Positions 50,801-61,159 of a stretch of 64,000 nt of DNA are shown piece after piece. Source of the DNA: Macrostomum hystrix (lineage: Eukaryota; Animalia; Platyhelminthes); NCBI GenBank assembly GCA_950097015.1, contig CATNEN010000025.1, positions 6,758,001 through 6,822,000 on the forward strand. The letters are read 5' to 3'. Made by a program: the position numbers and the translations under genes. The notes below the pieces were generated by a model. It was not told where the DNA came from. It did not search any database and was given only the letters and a program-made list of their open reading frames with translations. How positions within the stretch are numbered: position 1 is the first letter of the stretch; every line of letters starts with the position of its first letter.

Positions 50801-53800
50801 CAATCATGATAGGGTGAGATTTTGATGTTCTCAATCATGATGGGGTGAGATTTTGATGTTCTCAATCATGATAGGGTATGATTTTGATGTTCTCAATCTT
50901 GATAGGGTGAGATTTTGATCCCATTCTCAATCATGATAGGATGAGATTTTGATGTTGTCATTTTTATAGTGAGATTTTTATGTTGTCATTTTTATAGTGA
51001 GATTTTTATGTTCTCAATAATGATAGGGTGAGATTTTGATGTTGTCAACTTTGATAGTGGGATTATTATTTTTTTAATAATGATAGGGTGAGATTTTGAT
51101 GCTGTCAATTTTGATAGTGAGATTTTTATGTTCTCAATAATGATAGGGTGAGATTTCTATTTCGTTCTTAATCTTGATAGGGTGAGATTTTGATCTCCGT
51201 CATTTTTTTAGTCCGAGATTCTTTTCTGTATTAGAGTTCTATATTTATTTATACTAGATACTTCTTTTTTTAAGCCTCTTCAAATAAATGGAGACTTTGT
51301 AAATTATATCCACCCTCCCATTGTGCCGCAGCTCATCGCCTGCCAGGAGGAATTCCGGCATCCGCAATACCAGACCATTTTGCACCTGTGCTCAAACCCG
51401 GCCCGCATCATGAAGCGCACCAACGGCCTGGTCCAGGCGGACCGCATACCCGGCGCATTGCGATTCGAATCGCCCGAACTCAAGGAGCAGCCGGGCGACG
51501 TGCGCCTAATCTGGCAAGAGCCGAAAAATCCCAACGGCGTTGTTAAGCACTACGAGGTGCAATACAAGGGCCCGTCACATCGCAGCTGGCAGTACCTGTG
51601 CGTCTCCTACAGGGAGTGGCTGCTCAGCGGCAATGAGAAAAATCCGCCGCTTCTGCTGAGAACAAGCCGCGCCCTGCCCGACGGTCCCGACGAGCTCATG
51701 AGCAACGACAGCATTGCCAGGTGAGCCATAGAGAGGGGGAAAGGGTCTGGACGTTTCAGACTTCCCGCACTGTGGGAGTTTCTGAGATAGTGGGAAAAAG
51801 TTCCCATATTGCTTTAGTTGGGATTTCACGGACTATTGGAGGAAATTTTTTCGATTGGGATTTCTGAGATTGTTGGGGGAAAATTCCCCGATTGCTTTGG
51901 TTGGGATTTCTGAGATTTTGGGAGAAAATTCCCAGATTTCTTCTATTGGGATTTCTGAGATTTTGGGAGAAAATTCCCAGATTTCTTCTATTGGGATTTC
52001 TGAGATTTTGGGAGAAAATTCCCAGATTTCTTCTAATGGGATTTCTGAGATTTTGGGAGAAAATTCCCAGATTTCTTCTATTGGGATTTCTGAGATTTTG
52101 GGAGAAAATTCCCAAATGGCTGATAGCTTTGGTTGGGAATTTTTAATTGTGTGAGGAAGTTGCCAAGATTTATTTGTTTGGGATTTATCTGAGTGCTAGT
52201 CGTAAAATATTGTTGATTTCCAAGTTATTTTTAAGGGTCGTGTGAAGCGTTTAAACAAATAATTATAGCGTTATGTTTACTAAAATCCAGAAAGAACACT
52301 AGCAACTGTTTAAGCAACTGTCTATCAACGCTACAATTTGACACTCGTATTTAAACTAGCATAATTGTAAGACAAAGTTGCAACAGTCCTTATTCATGTA
52401 CGCAAACCAGTTTTTGTCCATCTATTACTGGCAGCTGTCTATTATATAGTTTTCTGTGCGAATTTGTATAAATAATATCAATCTTCTTTTTAACAGATGG
52501 CCTATCTGTGCTGTTTTTCTTTTATTTTCATATACAATTTAATTTTCCATTCTCCTGATGTCTGGCTACTCGTGGAAGGAGGGGGGAGGTTAAACCCGCG
52601 CCTCCCATGTCAATATGATGAAGGAGGCAAATGTGCCTTAAACGAAAATAAGCCATTATAAGCTTACTATTATATTATACGATAAGGATGGAATCAGTTC
52701 CGCTTTCCCTCATCTCTTACCCAGGGCTCGTATGCTTAGCATATAGGGATTGCTCCTAAATATTTTCAGAAAGCAATCAGGTATGAAACCTGCCCAGCTC
52801 TCTCTCCAGCCACCTGATACCCCGCCACGCCGCTTGCCCTTATTTGCCTCATTCTCTCTTCTCTCTCTCTTTGGCTCAATTTCCACTTCCTTCCTGACTC
52901 TGATGATGGTAAGTATTTCTCATTGCTAATGTTTAGTTATGTATTTGATTATAGTTGTTAGTATATTATTAGTTAATTGTGTTGCTAATTTCTACTCTGT
53001 ATTATTGGCCTCTCTAATCTTCCACATGTGTCAATCAAATTATACTGGTCTGTCTATTATATTTTATTAATTAACTAATAATTCAGAGACAGACAGATAG
53101 TTCTGCTAGCAAGGGTGTATATAATGTACGAGTGTTTTGACATATTTAAATGCTCTACTGATACTTATCTCACCCATTGTTTAATCAGCAGCAGCAGCAG
53201 CAGCAGCAGCAGCGGTGACGGCGGCGATAACGGACTAGCCGTACGCAGCGACACGCATCAGCGACGGGACGGCGCTGGTTCAAATCCTTCTTTATCAGTC
53301 TCCGGCACCGGCGGCATCCTGTTGAAGGACCTCAGCCAGGGCAGCTACCAGTTCCAGGTGCGCGCCGTCACCACCCAGGGCCCTGGCGATTGGTCGCCGG
53401 TGTCTTCAGTCGAAGTGCCCGGCCGGGCCGTCACTGAGATGGCCACGGGCCTGGGACTGGCCGGCGCAATGACCGTGGCCTTGGTGTGCGCCCTGCTAGG
53501 CTGGCTGGTCTGCCGGCAGCGCGGCTCACGGAAGACCATTGTGACGGAGAATCCCGACTACTGGAGCTATACCTACGCGCCGGATGAATGGGAGGTGCCG
53601 AGAGATCAGGTCAGTACTTTTAGTACTATTATTATTATGTAAATATTATTAATAATTGCGGGCAATGGCACATCATTTGGTGACACTGGACCCGCAGCCA
53701 GCGAGGAGGCAATTCTGCCCATTTCTCTGAGTCCTGAGCACACACGCACACACAGGTGTGTACATCTGCCCTGACTTTCTCATCTTCAGGCAGTGTACAC

Positions 53801-56800
53801 TATCAATGTGCCTTGTAGGTGGGCGCTTGAGGGCGTAAATTGCACGACAGGCCAAATAAATGTGGCCTCACCGTGGAATCGAGCTCAGGGACCTTGGCGC
53901 GAGACGCAAACGCGTTAGACCGCTCTGCCGCCCTTAAATTATTGTTCCATCACAATATCATATAAAGAGCATATGAGCACTCGGAGACTTTGAAGATTGA
54001 ATGCATCGGACCTGTCTCTTATTATCGACTGCAAAGTCCTTTGTGATAAGCTCATTTTCCTGTGATAAGCCAAACCTGCTTGAATTAGTTGTCTTTTGTA
54101 GCATTTCTCTCTAATCATTTCCTGAGTACGTGTTGGCTTTTTTGAGCTCCAATTTTGCCGCTTCCCCAGACCGTGCCATTATCCATCCCAATTTCATCTG
54201 CCGTCACCTGTCTGCGCCTTTCCTGTCTGTGCGTCTGCTCTCCACACTAATTCTAATTGCCAGGCGAAATTGTGATTATACAAATTCAGCTGTAAGCGCG
54301 CTTTCCACATGACTGTCTTCTTCTTTCAGGTAGGAATAAGACGGGATCTGTGTCTGTAATTGTTATCCTTCCATCAATATTCCTTTCTGTCTTCTGTGTA
54401 TCTAAAGTTCTAGGGGACCCAGTATTTATAGCTTCGGAATTCTGACTCAAAGGTCAAAATGAAAACAATTCGTGTCCTTAAGCAGGACACTTAATTCCCT
54501 GGTGGTTCTTTTTCAGCCAGTTGTAAAAATTGTTATTAGCATCAGCTGGGTTAGAAATTTGGCGAGGCGAGGCGGCCGTCCTAGACTGTCCACGGACTGA
54601 ACAGCTGTACCCCGTATAAAACGGAACGGTCACAAAAAAGGCTTGTGACCGTCAATTCGAATGTTATGATGACATGTTACCGTTGGTGGCCATTTTTGTG
54701 GCCGTTTTTTGCAGGCATGTGTTACTTGATTTCTTTCTTCATGCAATATAGTATGACTATATAAAATACACTTAACAGTAGAACTATCAAGGGGAATTCT
54801 CCCCCCTGTAATTTTTTGGCAGCGCCTGAATGCTAACAGCGTTGGGTGGTGACTGATTGGTTGACAGACTAGGCGATGGTGTCCTGTGGTTGAGCTGCGC
54901 CTAATATTTTGGCCTGATCAGTGAAATTTGAGAAATTCGCGTCAGGGTGTCTATAGTGGCCTAGTTCCACCTGTTGTAGGCCTTGAAGGTCCAGCAAATC
55001 CGTCTAGATAAAGGTAGGTGACCACCGAGGACGGAGATGACGCAGGCACATTCGGGTGACATGCTGATTAATTTTGAAGGCCTGGTAAGGCCGCACTGAG
55101 GCGCAGTGCTAATTCGTGTATAGGGGTGTATGAAATACACTAGCGCTTATGGAAAAAAATCTGACCTTCGGCCAGAAATATTGAATATCTCGACTTTCTG
55201 AAGAGCTGGCGACTTGATTTTTGTTTCAGAAGATGCGTGCCTGCGTTGTTCCGTTCGAGTGCAGCACAAAACATTGTCAGGGGGGACTCCCCCCTGGGTA
55301 GTTCTACTATTAATTAAAATGCATATACTCATGCTCAGAAGTAGAACACATTTGACGCAAATTGGCAGTTTTAGAAATGACCAGATAGATGCATGGAGCA
55401 GAAAACATAAACTTCACAATTTAGTTGTAAATTATGTTACACTTCAGCCATCAGCCGTACGAGTCATGGAGGTCAGCGAACGATCACATAAATGGTCACA
55501 GGATGGTCAGATAGAACTGTCACACAGAACAGTCACATAGAACGGTCACACAGAACGGTCACACAGAACGGTCAAAGAACAGTCACACTGAACGGTCACA
55601 CAGAACAGTCACAGTAAACGGTCACACAGAACAGTCACAGTAAACGGTCACACAGAACAGTCACAGAACGGTCACAGAACAGTCACAGAGCGGTCACAGA
55701 ACGGTCACGCAGAACAGTCACACAATACCTGCGAAACCTGCGTGATCTTCTCTCTTTCTTTTAATAACTTTGCGTGATTGAGTCTTCTTTCATTTGATTA
55801 ACAGCATTCCTTTCTCACCTTCCATCATCCAGGTAACATACAGCGAGAGTGACATCCTTGGCACCGGCTCGTTCGGTCGCGTCTACCGCGGCGTTGTCCG
55901 CTCGCTAAGCACGCCGGCCGCGCCCTATCTGCCCTGCCGAGAAGACGTCCCAGTGGCCGTCAAGAATGTCAACGAGAAGGCCACAATGCGCGAACGGCAC
56001 GAGTTCCTTCAGGAGGCCACGCATATGAAGAAATTCAGGCAATGCGCTCACGTTGTGCGCCTAATTGGCGTGGTGTCTGAGAATGTCCCAATTCTTGTGC
56101 TCATGGAGCTCATGGAGAATGGCGATCTCAAGACCTGCCTGCGACAGATGCGACCAGATTCTGACGATCCCATCAGCAGGCCGATGTACGATCGAACCCG
56201 ACTGGTGATCTGGTGCGCCCAGATTGCCGACGGTATGTTTTACCTGGAGACTAAAAAGTATGTCCACCGCGACCTAGCCGCTCGAAACTGCATGGTTACG
56301 TCCGACTACTGCGTCAAGATTGGCGGTGAGTGTTTCAATTGAGTCGCCAATCTGTTCCACATATTTAATTAGGTCGCCAGTCCCTTCCACATATTTAATT
56401 AGGTCGCCAATCTGTTCCACATATTTAATTATGTCGCTAATCTGTTCCACATATTTAATTAGGTCGCCAGTCCCTTCCACATATTTAATTAGGTCGCCAA
56501 TCTGTTCCACATATTTAATTATGTCGCTAATCTGTTCCACATATTTAATTAGGTCGCCAATCTGTTCCACATATTTAATTTGGTCAACAATCCCTTCCAC
56601 ATATTTAATTTGGTCAACAATCCCTTCCACATATTTAATTTGGTCAACAATCCCTTCCACATATTTAATTTGGTCGCCAATCTGTTCCACATATTTAATA
56701 TGTTCCACAATCCGTTAATCCTGTTACTTTTCCTACCAGATTTCGGCATGACTAGAGACGTGTACTACTCAGACTATTACAAGAAGGAGGGCCAGGCGCC

Positions 56801-57311
56801 CCTGCCAGTTCGATGGATGGCGCCGGAGTCCCTTCGCGACGGCGTGTTCACAACGGCCACGGATGTGTGGTCATACGGCGTTGTGCTGTGGGAGATTGCC
56901 ACCCTAGCCCAGCAGCCGTTCAACAGTCGCAGCAATGAGGAGGTTGTGAACATGGTGAAGTCTGGCAAGACCCTGCCGCAGCCAGACGACTGTCCCGAGT
57001 TCCTATCCAGCCTCATGACCCACTGTTGGGCTCAGAAGCCTCGCTCGAGGTCGTCCTTTCGCGACCTACTAATCATGCTGGACTCGATGCCGGAACTCAC
57101 GGAGTCATTTAGGCGGCAGAGTTGGTTTCACAATGGCAGCAGCTCCCAGGGTGACTCGGCTGTGTCTGTACACCTGCCAGAAAGGGACAGCAAGAGGCTA
57201 AGCCAGCAGCAGCAGCAGCAGCTGTCTCAGGATATCAGAAAGCCGCCAGAAGAGATCCCAATGCTCGGGCCACAGTCGGTGCCCAATCCCTATGTACCGC
57301 TGAGGGCCTGA
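26747..57311 (+). CDS. INSR: Insulin receptor / IGF1R-family receptor tyrosine kinase, ~1574 aa (1624 aa with the candidate cassette exon). Exons 26747-26816, 26919-27193, 30708-30928, 34895-35460, 38858-39014, 39405-40038, 42099-42607, [48405-48554], 50227-50644, 51332-51720, 53189-53609, 55833-56325, 56740-57311
   Basis: Domain order: signal peptide, L1 (LFPQLTVIRG), furin-like Cys-rich region, L2, three FnIII (WKPPLKPNGNVTHY, WQEPKNPNG), alphaCT (FEDTLFKIIF), TM, NPDY, kinase (GTGSFG, VAVK, HRDLAARN, DFGMTRD, LPVRWMAPESL, DVWSYG). All junctions are GT-AG and sum to an open frame. This is a family assignment; orthology to INSR versus IGF1R is not implied. Confidence 0.95.
26919..27193 (+). 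CDS. INSR: Insulin receptor exon: L1 domain, first part
   Basis: CCTGCAG acceptor; DCTAVDGN, LADLFPQLTVIRG; CAG|GTAGCT donor. Confidence 0.92.
27335..30635. repeat. 26-bp minisatellite (GCTCTGTCTGGATCAATCATTTCCCA / ...TTGCCCT)n, ~3.3 kb
   Basis: Two interspersed unit variants; fills insulin receptor intron 2. Confidence 0.97.
30708..30928 (+). CDS. INSR: Insulin receptor exon: L1 end and start of Cys-rich region
   Basis: CCGCAG acceptor; LPKLRRIDRGGIRVESAPKLCY, CNDVCPG; AA|GTGAGC donor. Confidence 0.9.
32179..32700 (+). mobile_element. SINE family 1 copy interrupted by a MITE
   Basis: Collinear with 45878-46182 apart from the insertion at 32245-32455. Confidence 0.85.
32245..32455. mobile_element. 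211-bp hAT-type MITE
   Basis: TIRs CATAGGCGTAGGAA / TTCCTACGCCTATG; perfect 8-bp TSD ATTACCGA at 32237-32244 and 32456-32463. Confidence 0.9.
33484..33780 (-). mobile_element. SINE family 1 copy
   Basis: Reverse complement of 45878-46182, full length. Confidence 0.85.
34050..34797. repeat. 35-bp minisatellite (CAGTCTGTGGCTGAGCCTCTCCTCTGTCCCTTCAT)n
   Basis: About 21 tandem copies. Confidence 0.97.
34895..35460 (+). CDS. INSR: Insulin receptor exon: furin-like Cys-rich domain and L2 start
   Basis: TTGCAG acceptor; KCWSRSICQ, CCPPACLSGC, CVQACPLGY, KGCTV; C|GTGAGT donor. Confidence 0.92.
35523..36000. repeat. 34-bp minisatellite (GGGATTTCTTAGGGATTAAAACTCATTTGGGTAG)n
   Basis: About 14 tandem copies. 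Confidence 0.95.
36805..37058 (-). mobile_element. SINE family 1 copy
   Basis: Reverse complement of the family; 3' tail is shorter. Confidence 0.8.
37515..37680. repeat. 21-bp minisatellite (GATGGCACACTCAATGACTAG)n
   Basis: Tandem copies. Confidence 0.9.
38165..38395 (+). mobile_element. SINE family 2, older 5'-truncated copy directly upstream of the full copy
   Basis: GTGTACACTGTCAGACGATG..., ATTGCCTCCTCGCCCGCTGC, CATCACCAAAT. Confidence 0.55.
38468..38774 (+). mobile_element. tRNA-derived SINE family 2, full-length copy
   Basis: tRNA-like head (GTGGCGGTTAAGAGCGGTTAACGCG...GAGCTCGATTCC); body ATGAGAAAGTCAGGG...GTGTGCTCAGGAGTCAGCGGAATGGGCAGAATTGCCTCCT...GTCACCAAAT is shared with 53662-53933, 22058-22175 and 38165-38395. 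Confidence 0.75.
38858..39014 (+). CDS. INSR: Insulin receptor exon: L2 domain
   Basis: TTCCAG acceptor; ALNSLSFLSNLRVIHG; AA|GTAGGT donor. Confidence 0.88.
39070..39310. repeat. 24-bp minisatellite (CTCAGATTTCTCCCATCCCTGACT)n
   Basis: Tandem copies in a short receptor intron. Confidence 0.9.
39405..40038 (+). CDS. INSR: Insulin receptor exon: L2 end and FnIII-1
   Basis: QSLWN, GKVRFYMNRRLC, TNGDLASC, RSLLGYSIYY; CCA|GTAAGT donor. The acceptor is ambiguous by 3 nt (39402 or 39405). Confidence 0.88.
40085..40737. repeat. 20-bp minisatellite (CTGACACCCCAACTCTTCTC)n with embedded block duplications
   Basis: Tandem copies. Confidence 0.93.
41685..42025. repeat. 20-bp minisatellite (CACTGATAATCACCTGTCCT)n
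   Basis: Tandem copies. Confidence 0.93.
42099..42607 (+). CDS. INSR: Insulin receptor exon: FnIII-1 end, FnIII-2a, insert domain and alphaCT
   Basis: CCATAG acceptor; GLKPASRYAMFV, WKPPLKPNGNVTHY, DYC, FEDTLFKIIF; AG|GTAAGT donor. Confidence 0.92.
43330..45415. repeat. ~20-bp minisatellite family (CATGAGAATCGTCCTCAACC)n with mixed variants
   Basis: Tandem copies of 20-22 bp. Confidence 0.95.
45878..46182 (+). mobile_element. tRNA-derived SINE family 1, full-length copy
   Basis: A box TAGCCTAGTGG and B box GGTTCGATTCC; central TGTGTCCTTTAGCAAGACACTTAACTCTGCATTGCTTCAGTTCACCCAGCTGTTAAATGGG (CORE/Deu-like); (ATT)n tail; TTGAACTTGTA directly repeated at 45872 and 46182. Confidence 0.85.
46565..48345. 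repeat. 21-bp minisatellite (ATGAGAATCGTCCTCCAACC[C/T][G/C])n
   Basis: Tandem copies sharing the ATGAGAATCGTCC core with 43330-45415. Confidence 0.95.
48405..48554 (+). CDS. Candidate 150-nt cassette exon of the insulin receptor insert domain
   Basis: Acceptor CCAATCGCAG|C and donor AA|GTAGAT. Symmetric phase 2-2 and stop-free in the receptor frame (S-DMDNPVFSCSLSGVPCNFSPFEYDQLSQDLRLTNCVFYFGDDHCQKLFN-K). Confidence 0.6.
48815..49930. repeat. 16-bp minisatellite (TCCCATGTCTCATCTC)n
   Basis: Tandem copies. Confidence 0.95.
50227..50644 (+). CDS. INSR: Insulin receptor exon: insert-beta (S/T/A-rich) and FnIII-2b
   Basis: TTTTCCACAG acceptor; YTVTNLKHFTHYELSV; TCG|GTGAGT donor. Confidence 0.88.
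50755..51200. repeat. Degenerate 31-bp minisatellite (GAGATTTTGATGTTCTCAATCATGATAGGGT)n
   Basis: Diverged tandem copies. Confidence 0.85.
51332..51720 (+). CDS. INSR: Insulin receptor exon: FnIII-2b end and FnIII-3
   Basis: CCGCAG acceptor; IACQ, ADRIPG, WQEPKNPNGVVKHYEVQY, YLCVS; AG|GTGAGC donor. Confidence 0.92.
51770..52140. repeat. 45-bp minisatellite (TTGGGATTTCTGAGATTTTGGGAGAAAATTCCCAGATTTCTTCTA)n
   Basis: Tandem copies with a 15-aa ORF period. Confidence 0.9.
53189..53609 (+). CDS. INSR: Insulin receptor exon: FnIII-3 end, TM helix and NPXY juxtamembrane
   Basis: LSQGSYQFQVRAVT, GLGLAGAMTVALVCALLGWLVC, ENPDY, YAPDEWEVPR; CAG|GTCAGT donor. The acceptor is ambiguous within the CAG run. 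Confidence 0.9.
53662..53933 (-). mobile_element. SINE family 2 copy
   Basis: Reverse complement of 38468-38774. Confidence 0.75.
54470..54610 (+). mobile_element. Old, diverged SINE family 1 fragment
   Basis: GTGTCCTTAAGCAGGACACTTAA ... GTCCACGGACTGAACAGCTGTAC. Confidence 0.5.
54811..55237 (+). repeat. Unclassified ~400-bp dispersed element, copy 2
   Basis: As copy 1, with an extra ~20 bp near 55035-55055. Confidence 0.85.
55490..55730. repeat. ~13-bp minisatellite (GTCACACAGAACG)n
   Basis: Tandem copies. Confidence 0.85.
55833..56325 (+). CDS. INSR: Insulin receptor exon: kinase N-lobe to the DFG junction
   Basis: LGTGSFGRVY, VAVK, EFLQEA, MELMENGDLK, VHRDLAARNC; G|GTGAGT donor. Confidence 0.96.
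56340..56710. repeat. 30-bp minisatellite (CCACATATTTAATTAGGTCGCCAATCTGTT)n filling the kinase DFG intron
   Basis: Twelve tandem copies. Confidence 0.95.
56740..57311 (+). CDS. INSR: Insulin receptor exon: kinase C-lobe and tail (terminal)
   Basis: CCTACCAG acceptor; DFGMTRDVYYSDYYKK, LPVRWMAPESL, DVWSYGVVLWEI; TGA at 57309-57311. Confidence 0.96.
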
Positions 57312-58934
57312 GTGCTACATTGTTATTGTTTGAATTTGAGTAACCTTTCAGCTGTACGCAGACACACACACACATATATATATATATCTAACCGCTGCGT
57401 CCGCTCAATTGTTCTACTTGTTATACTTTAAACAATAGAGATTTTGTTTGTTTGATATGTTTATTTATTCGGAAAAAAATTATCTACAATATTTTTCAGA
57501 CATAGCTGCAACACCTGAATATTTTCTTATATTTCTTACCGCTAAATTAATATTCGCATGATTCTACACAGGCTCTGTTCCTTGGGAATTAAAATAAAAT
57601 TATTAGGCGCCACTAGCAACCGTTGCTACGGCATAGGAAATCCAAACACTGACCTGTTGCGTTTAAATCAGATTTCTCCAAAAAACATTTGCCGAATATT
57701 ATTGACTCACAATTTTCCCATGCTAATATCGTATTCCATATACCTGTCATTTTACAGTTTATTTAACTACTGGCAAGACTGCATGTTTTTTAGTCTACAA
57801 ATTGACCATTTCGTTCTAATCAATGTCCTCACCATACTACTTGCGCGCCCGAATCACAGTAGCGCAGTTCTAATACGCTTTTTCCAGTGTCCCGAGTTTA
57901 TTGCTTCACTGCTCTAGCCAGATCACTATTCGATGAGTAATTTTTTCACACCTGAGATTTGCTTGTTTGCTTGCTTTTGTATTGCCACTTTATTGACTAG
58001 GCTTTTTTGGTCTTCGTAAAATATTCCCAGCAGTTCTGTTTATATATGTATAAATTGTACTTTTTCCTGTTCCTAAAATCTTTCCTTTATTTTCCTTATT
58101 GTTTTGTCTGGTCTGCTATTCTATGATTATTCGGCAATAAACTTGTACACGTCACATCTTCTCATTAGTTATTTTAGAATCGCATGATTATATTATAAAA
58201 GGATTATTAAAATTATATAGTCGGCCAAATCATTTTTTATCCGAGTCTATTTAAATTCCTGAACTGACGGTTGCGCGGGTCGCGGTTTTTTGTTACTTTT
58301 TTTTCAAACGTTTGTTTTACTTAAGTATGCTTGTTTCTAAGAAATTGTTCAGCGCTAGTTCTCTATTTTTTATTGTACTTTATATTTTTTTAGAATTGAG
58401 CAAAATCCCAAACTCGCTAAGATACCGGAAATTTCAGAAATTTTTGTTAAATCTCATTTACATTCTATCTGAAATTAGCTACAAAAACACTTTTTTCTGC
58501 TTTTGTTTTTGTCTTTAGTTTTTTTAACGTTATAAATTTCGGACCCGATGGCATTCCGCTACTGTTCAGTGAATTCCACATCCGCTTCGGATATTTGCCG
58601 CTACAAAGTTTTGATTTGCTTCTGAACACTGTCGGTTGTTTGTTTGTTACAGTTTTTAACAAACACAAAAGATGCTTCACTATATGCTGCTTAACGCTTT
58701 TGTTTACTTGGCCTGCTTGTTGTGTTTTGTCGCTTTCGTTTAGTTTGCGTTTATGTCTTATTTTAATGTTGGTTTCTATGCCAGAATCAGGTGTTGCTTT
58801 GGTTCACTGCTAAACTACTACTAAGGACTAATTATGTAATCCTTCAATTAGTAGCGAAATAAAAACTTTCCAAATATAAATATAAAATTGACAATTATAA
58901 TTTCATTTCTTAAACTCGTGTGTCTCAAATACTA

Positions 58935-60450
58935 CAGTCAGTCAGCTGTACCAGACTCTCCCACAGTCGGTCAGCTGTACCAGACTCTCCCACAGTCAGT
59001 CAACTGTACCAGACTCTCCCACAGTCGGTCAGCTGTACCAGACTCTCCCACAGTCGGTCAGCTGTACCAGACTCTCCCACAGTCGGTCAGCTGTACCAGA
59101 CTCTCCCACAGTCAGTCAGCTGTACCAGACTCTCCCACAGTCAGTCAGCTGTACCAGACTCTCCCACAGTCAGTGAGCTGTACCAGACTCCCACAGTCAG
59201 TGAGCTGTACCAGACTCTCTCCCACAGTCAGCTGTACCAGGCTCTCCCACAGTCAGCTGTACCAGGCTCTCCCACAGTCAGCTGTACCAGAATCTCCCAC
59301 AGTCAGCTGTACCAGACTCTCCCACAGTCAGCTGTACCAGACTCTCTCAGTCAGTCAGCTGTACCAGACTCTCTCAGTCAGTCAGCTGTACCAGACTCTC
59401 TCCCACAGTCAGCTGTACCAGACTCTCTCCCACAGTCAGCTGTACCAGACTCTCTCCCACAGTCAGCTGTACCAGACTCTCTCAGTCAGTCAGCTGTACC
59501 AGACTCTCTCAGTCAGTCAGCTGTACCAGACTCTCTCCCACAGTCAGCTGTACCAGACTCTCTCCCACAGTCAGCTGTACCAGACTCTCCCACAGTCAGC
59601 TGTACCAGGCTCTCCCACAGTCAGCTGTACCAGGCTCTCCCACAGTCAGTCAGCTGTACCAGACTCTCCCACAGTCAGCTGTACCAGACTCTCCCACAGT
59701 CAGCTGTACCAGACTCTCCCACAGTCAGCTGTACCAGGCTCTCCCACAGTCAGTCAGCTGTACCAGACTCTCCCACAGTCAGCTGTACCAGGCTCTCCCA
59801 CAGTCAGCTGTACCAGGCTCTCCCACAGTCAGCTGTACCAGACTCTCCCACAGTCAGCTGTACCAGGCTCTCCTACAGTCAGCTGTACCAGACTCTCCCA
59901 CAGTCAGTCAGCTGTACCAGACTCTCCCACAGTCAGCTGTACCAGACTCTCCCACAGTCAGCTGTACCAGGCTCTCCCACAGTCATCTGTACCAGGCTCT
60001 CCCACAGTCAGCTGTACCAGGCTCTCCTACAGTCAGCTGTTCCAGACTCTCCCACAGTCAGTCAGCTGTACCAGACTCTCCCACAGTCAGCTGTACCAGG
60101 CTCTCCTACAGTCAGCTGTACCAGACTCTCCCACAGTCAGTCAGCTGTACCAGACTCTCCCACAGTCGGTCAGCTGTACCAGACTCTCCCACAGTCAGTC
60201 AGCTGTACCAGACTCTCCCACAGTCAGCTGTACCAGGCTCTCCCACAGTCAGTCAGCTGTACCAGGCTCTCCCACAGTCAGCTGTACCAGACTCTCCCAC
60301 AGTCAGTCAGCTGTACCACTCTCCCACAGTCAGTCAGCTGTACCAGACTCTCCCACAGTCGGCTGTACCAGACTCTCCCACAGTCGGTCAGCTGTACCAG
60401 ACTCTCCCACAGTCGGTCAGCTGTACCAGACTCTCCCACAGTCGGTCAGT
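58935..60450. repeat. 25/29-bp minisatellite A (CAGCTGTACCAGACTCTCCCACAGT[CAGT])n
   Basis: Tandem copies. Confidence 0.95.
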
Positions 60451-61159
60451 CACTCAAGAAGATCAAACTCAGTAGCTCCCTTCGGACTAAGCAAAGCTAG
60501 TGAATATTTACAGTTACTTTTGAATGGTCCAGAATTCGTTAGCAATAAGTCTACCTGATATTATATGCTATATTTGTTAATGCTCATCTAGCCACACCTT
60601 GGCAGGCTCATTAAAGTAACCCTCCATTGTAAACCAGGCCGATTTTGTTCTCGCAATTCTGTTCACCTCAAATTTTCTAAATAACTTTTTTTATGTTTAC
60701 TTTTTTATTGGCTCACCGATTTTGTTTGTTTATAGCCCAGAGTATATATATTATTGTAGTCCCCTTAGAAACGTGAAGCGTTCTCTTCAGCCAGATGCTT
60801 GCTAAGTTTGTTGACGTTTTTCTTAGCTTAGTACGATTTGTATCAAGTCACTTGTTTAGAAGTTCTTTAAAATTGCTCTCGTTCTGTTATTTTGAAATTT
60901 GTTTTAGTTCATGTCAATCGTATTTGTAAATTAATACGGCCGTCATCTCACTTGCGTCAGCGAATCCTTGTATATACAATATTGGTTGAGATGTCCGTCG
61001 AATAAACATCATTTAAAACTATTAATTTATAAGCGCCATGCCTGTACTTCTCTGTCGATTCCGTCGACTGCTGCTTCGTGTGCAAATTAAGTCATTTAGA
61101 TAAGCTGATGATATGATTATCTAGACGTATTGATACTTACATTTAGGCTGTCAAGCCAG

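Noticed and set aside
60900-61120. Alternative genetic code or selenocysteine suggested by several in-frame TGA codons on the minus strand
   Set aside because: All well-supported genes here use the standard code (three end in TGA/TAA). Decay or chance is simpler, and no SECIS was recognised.
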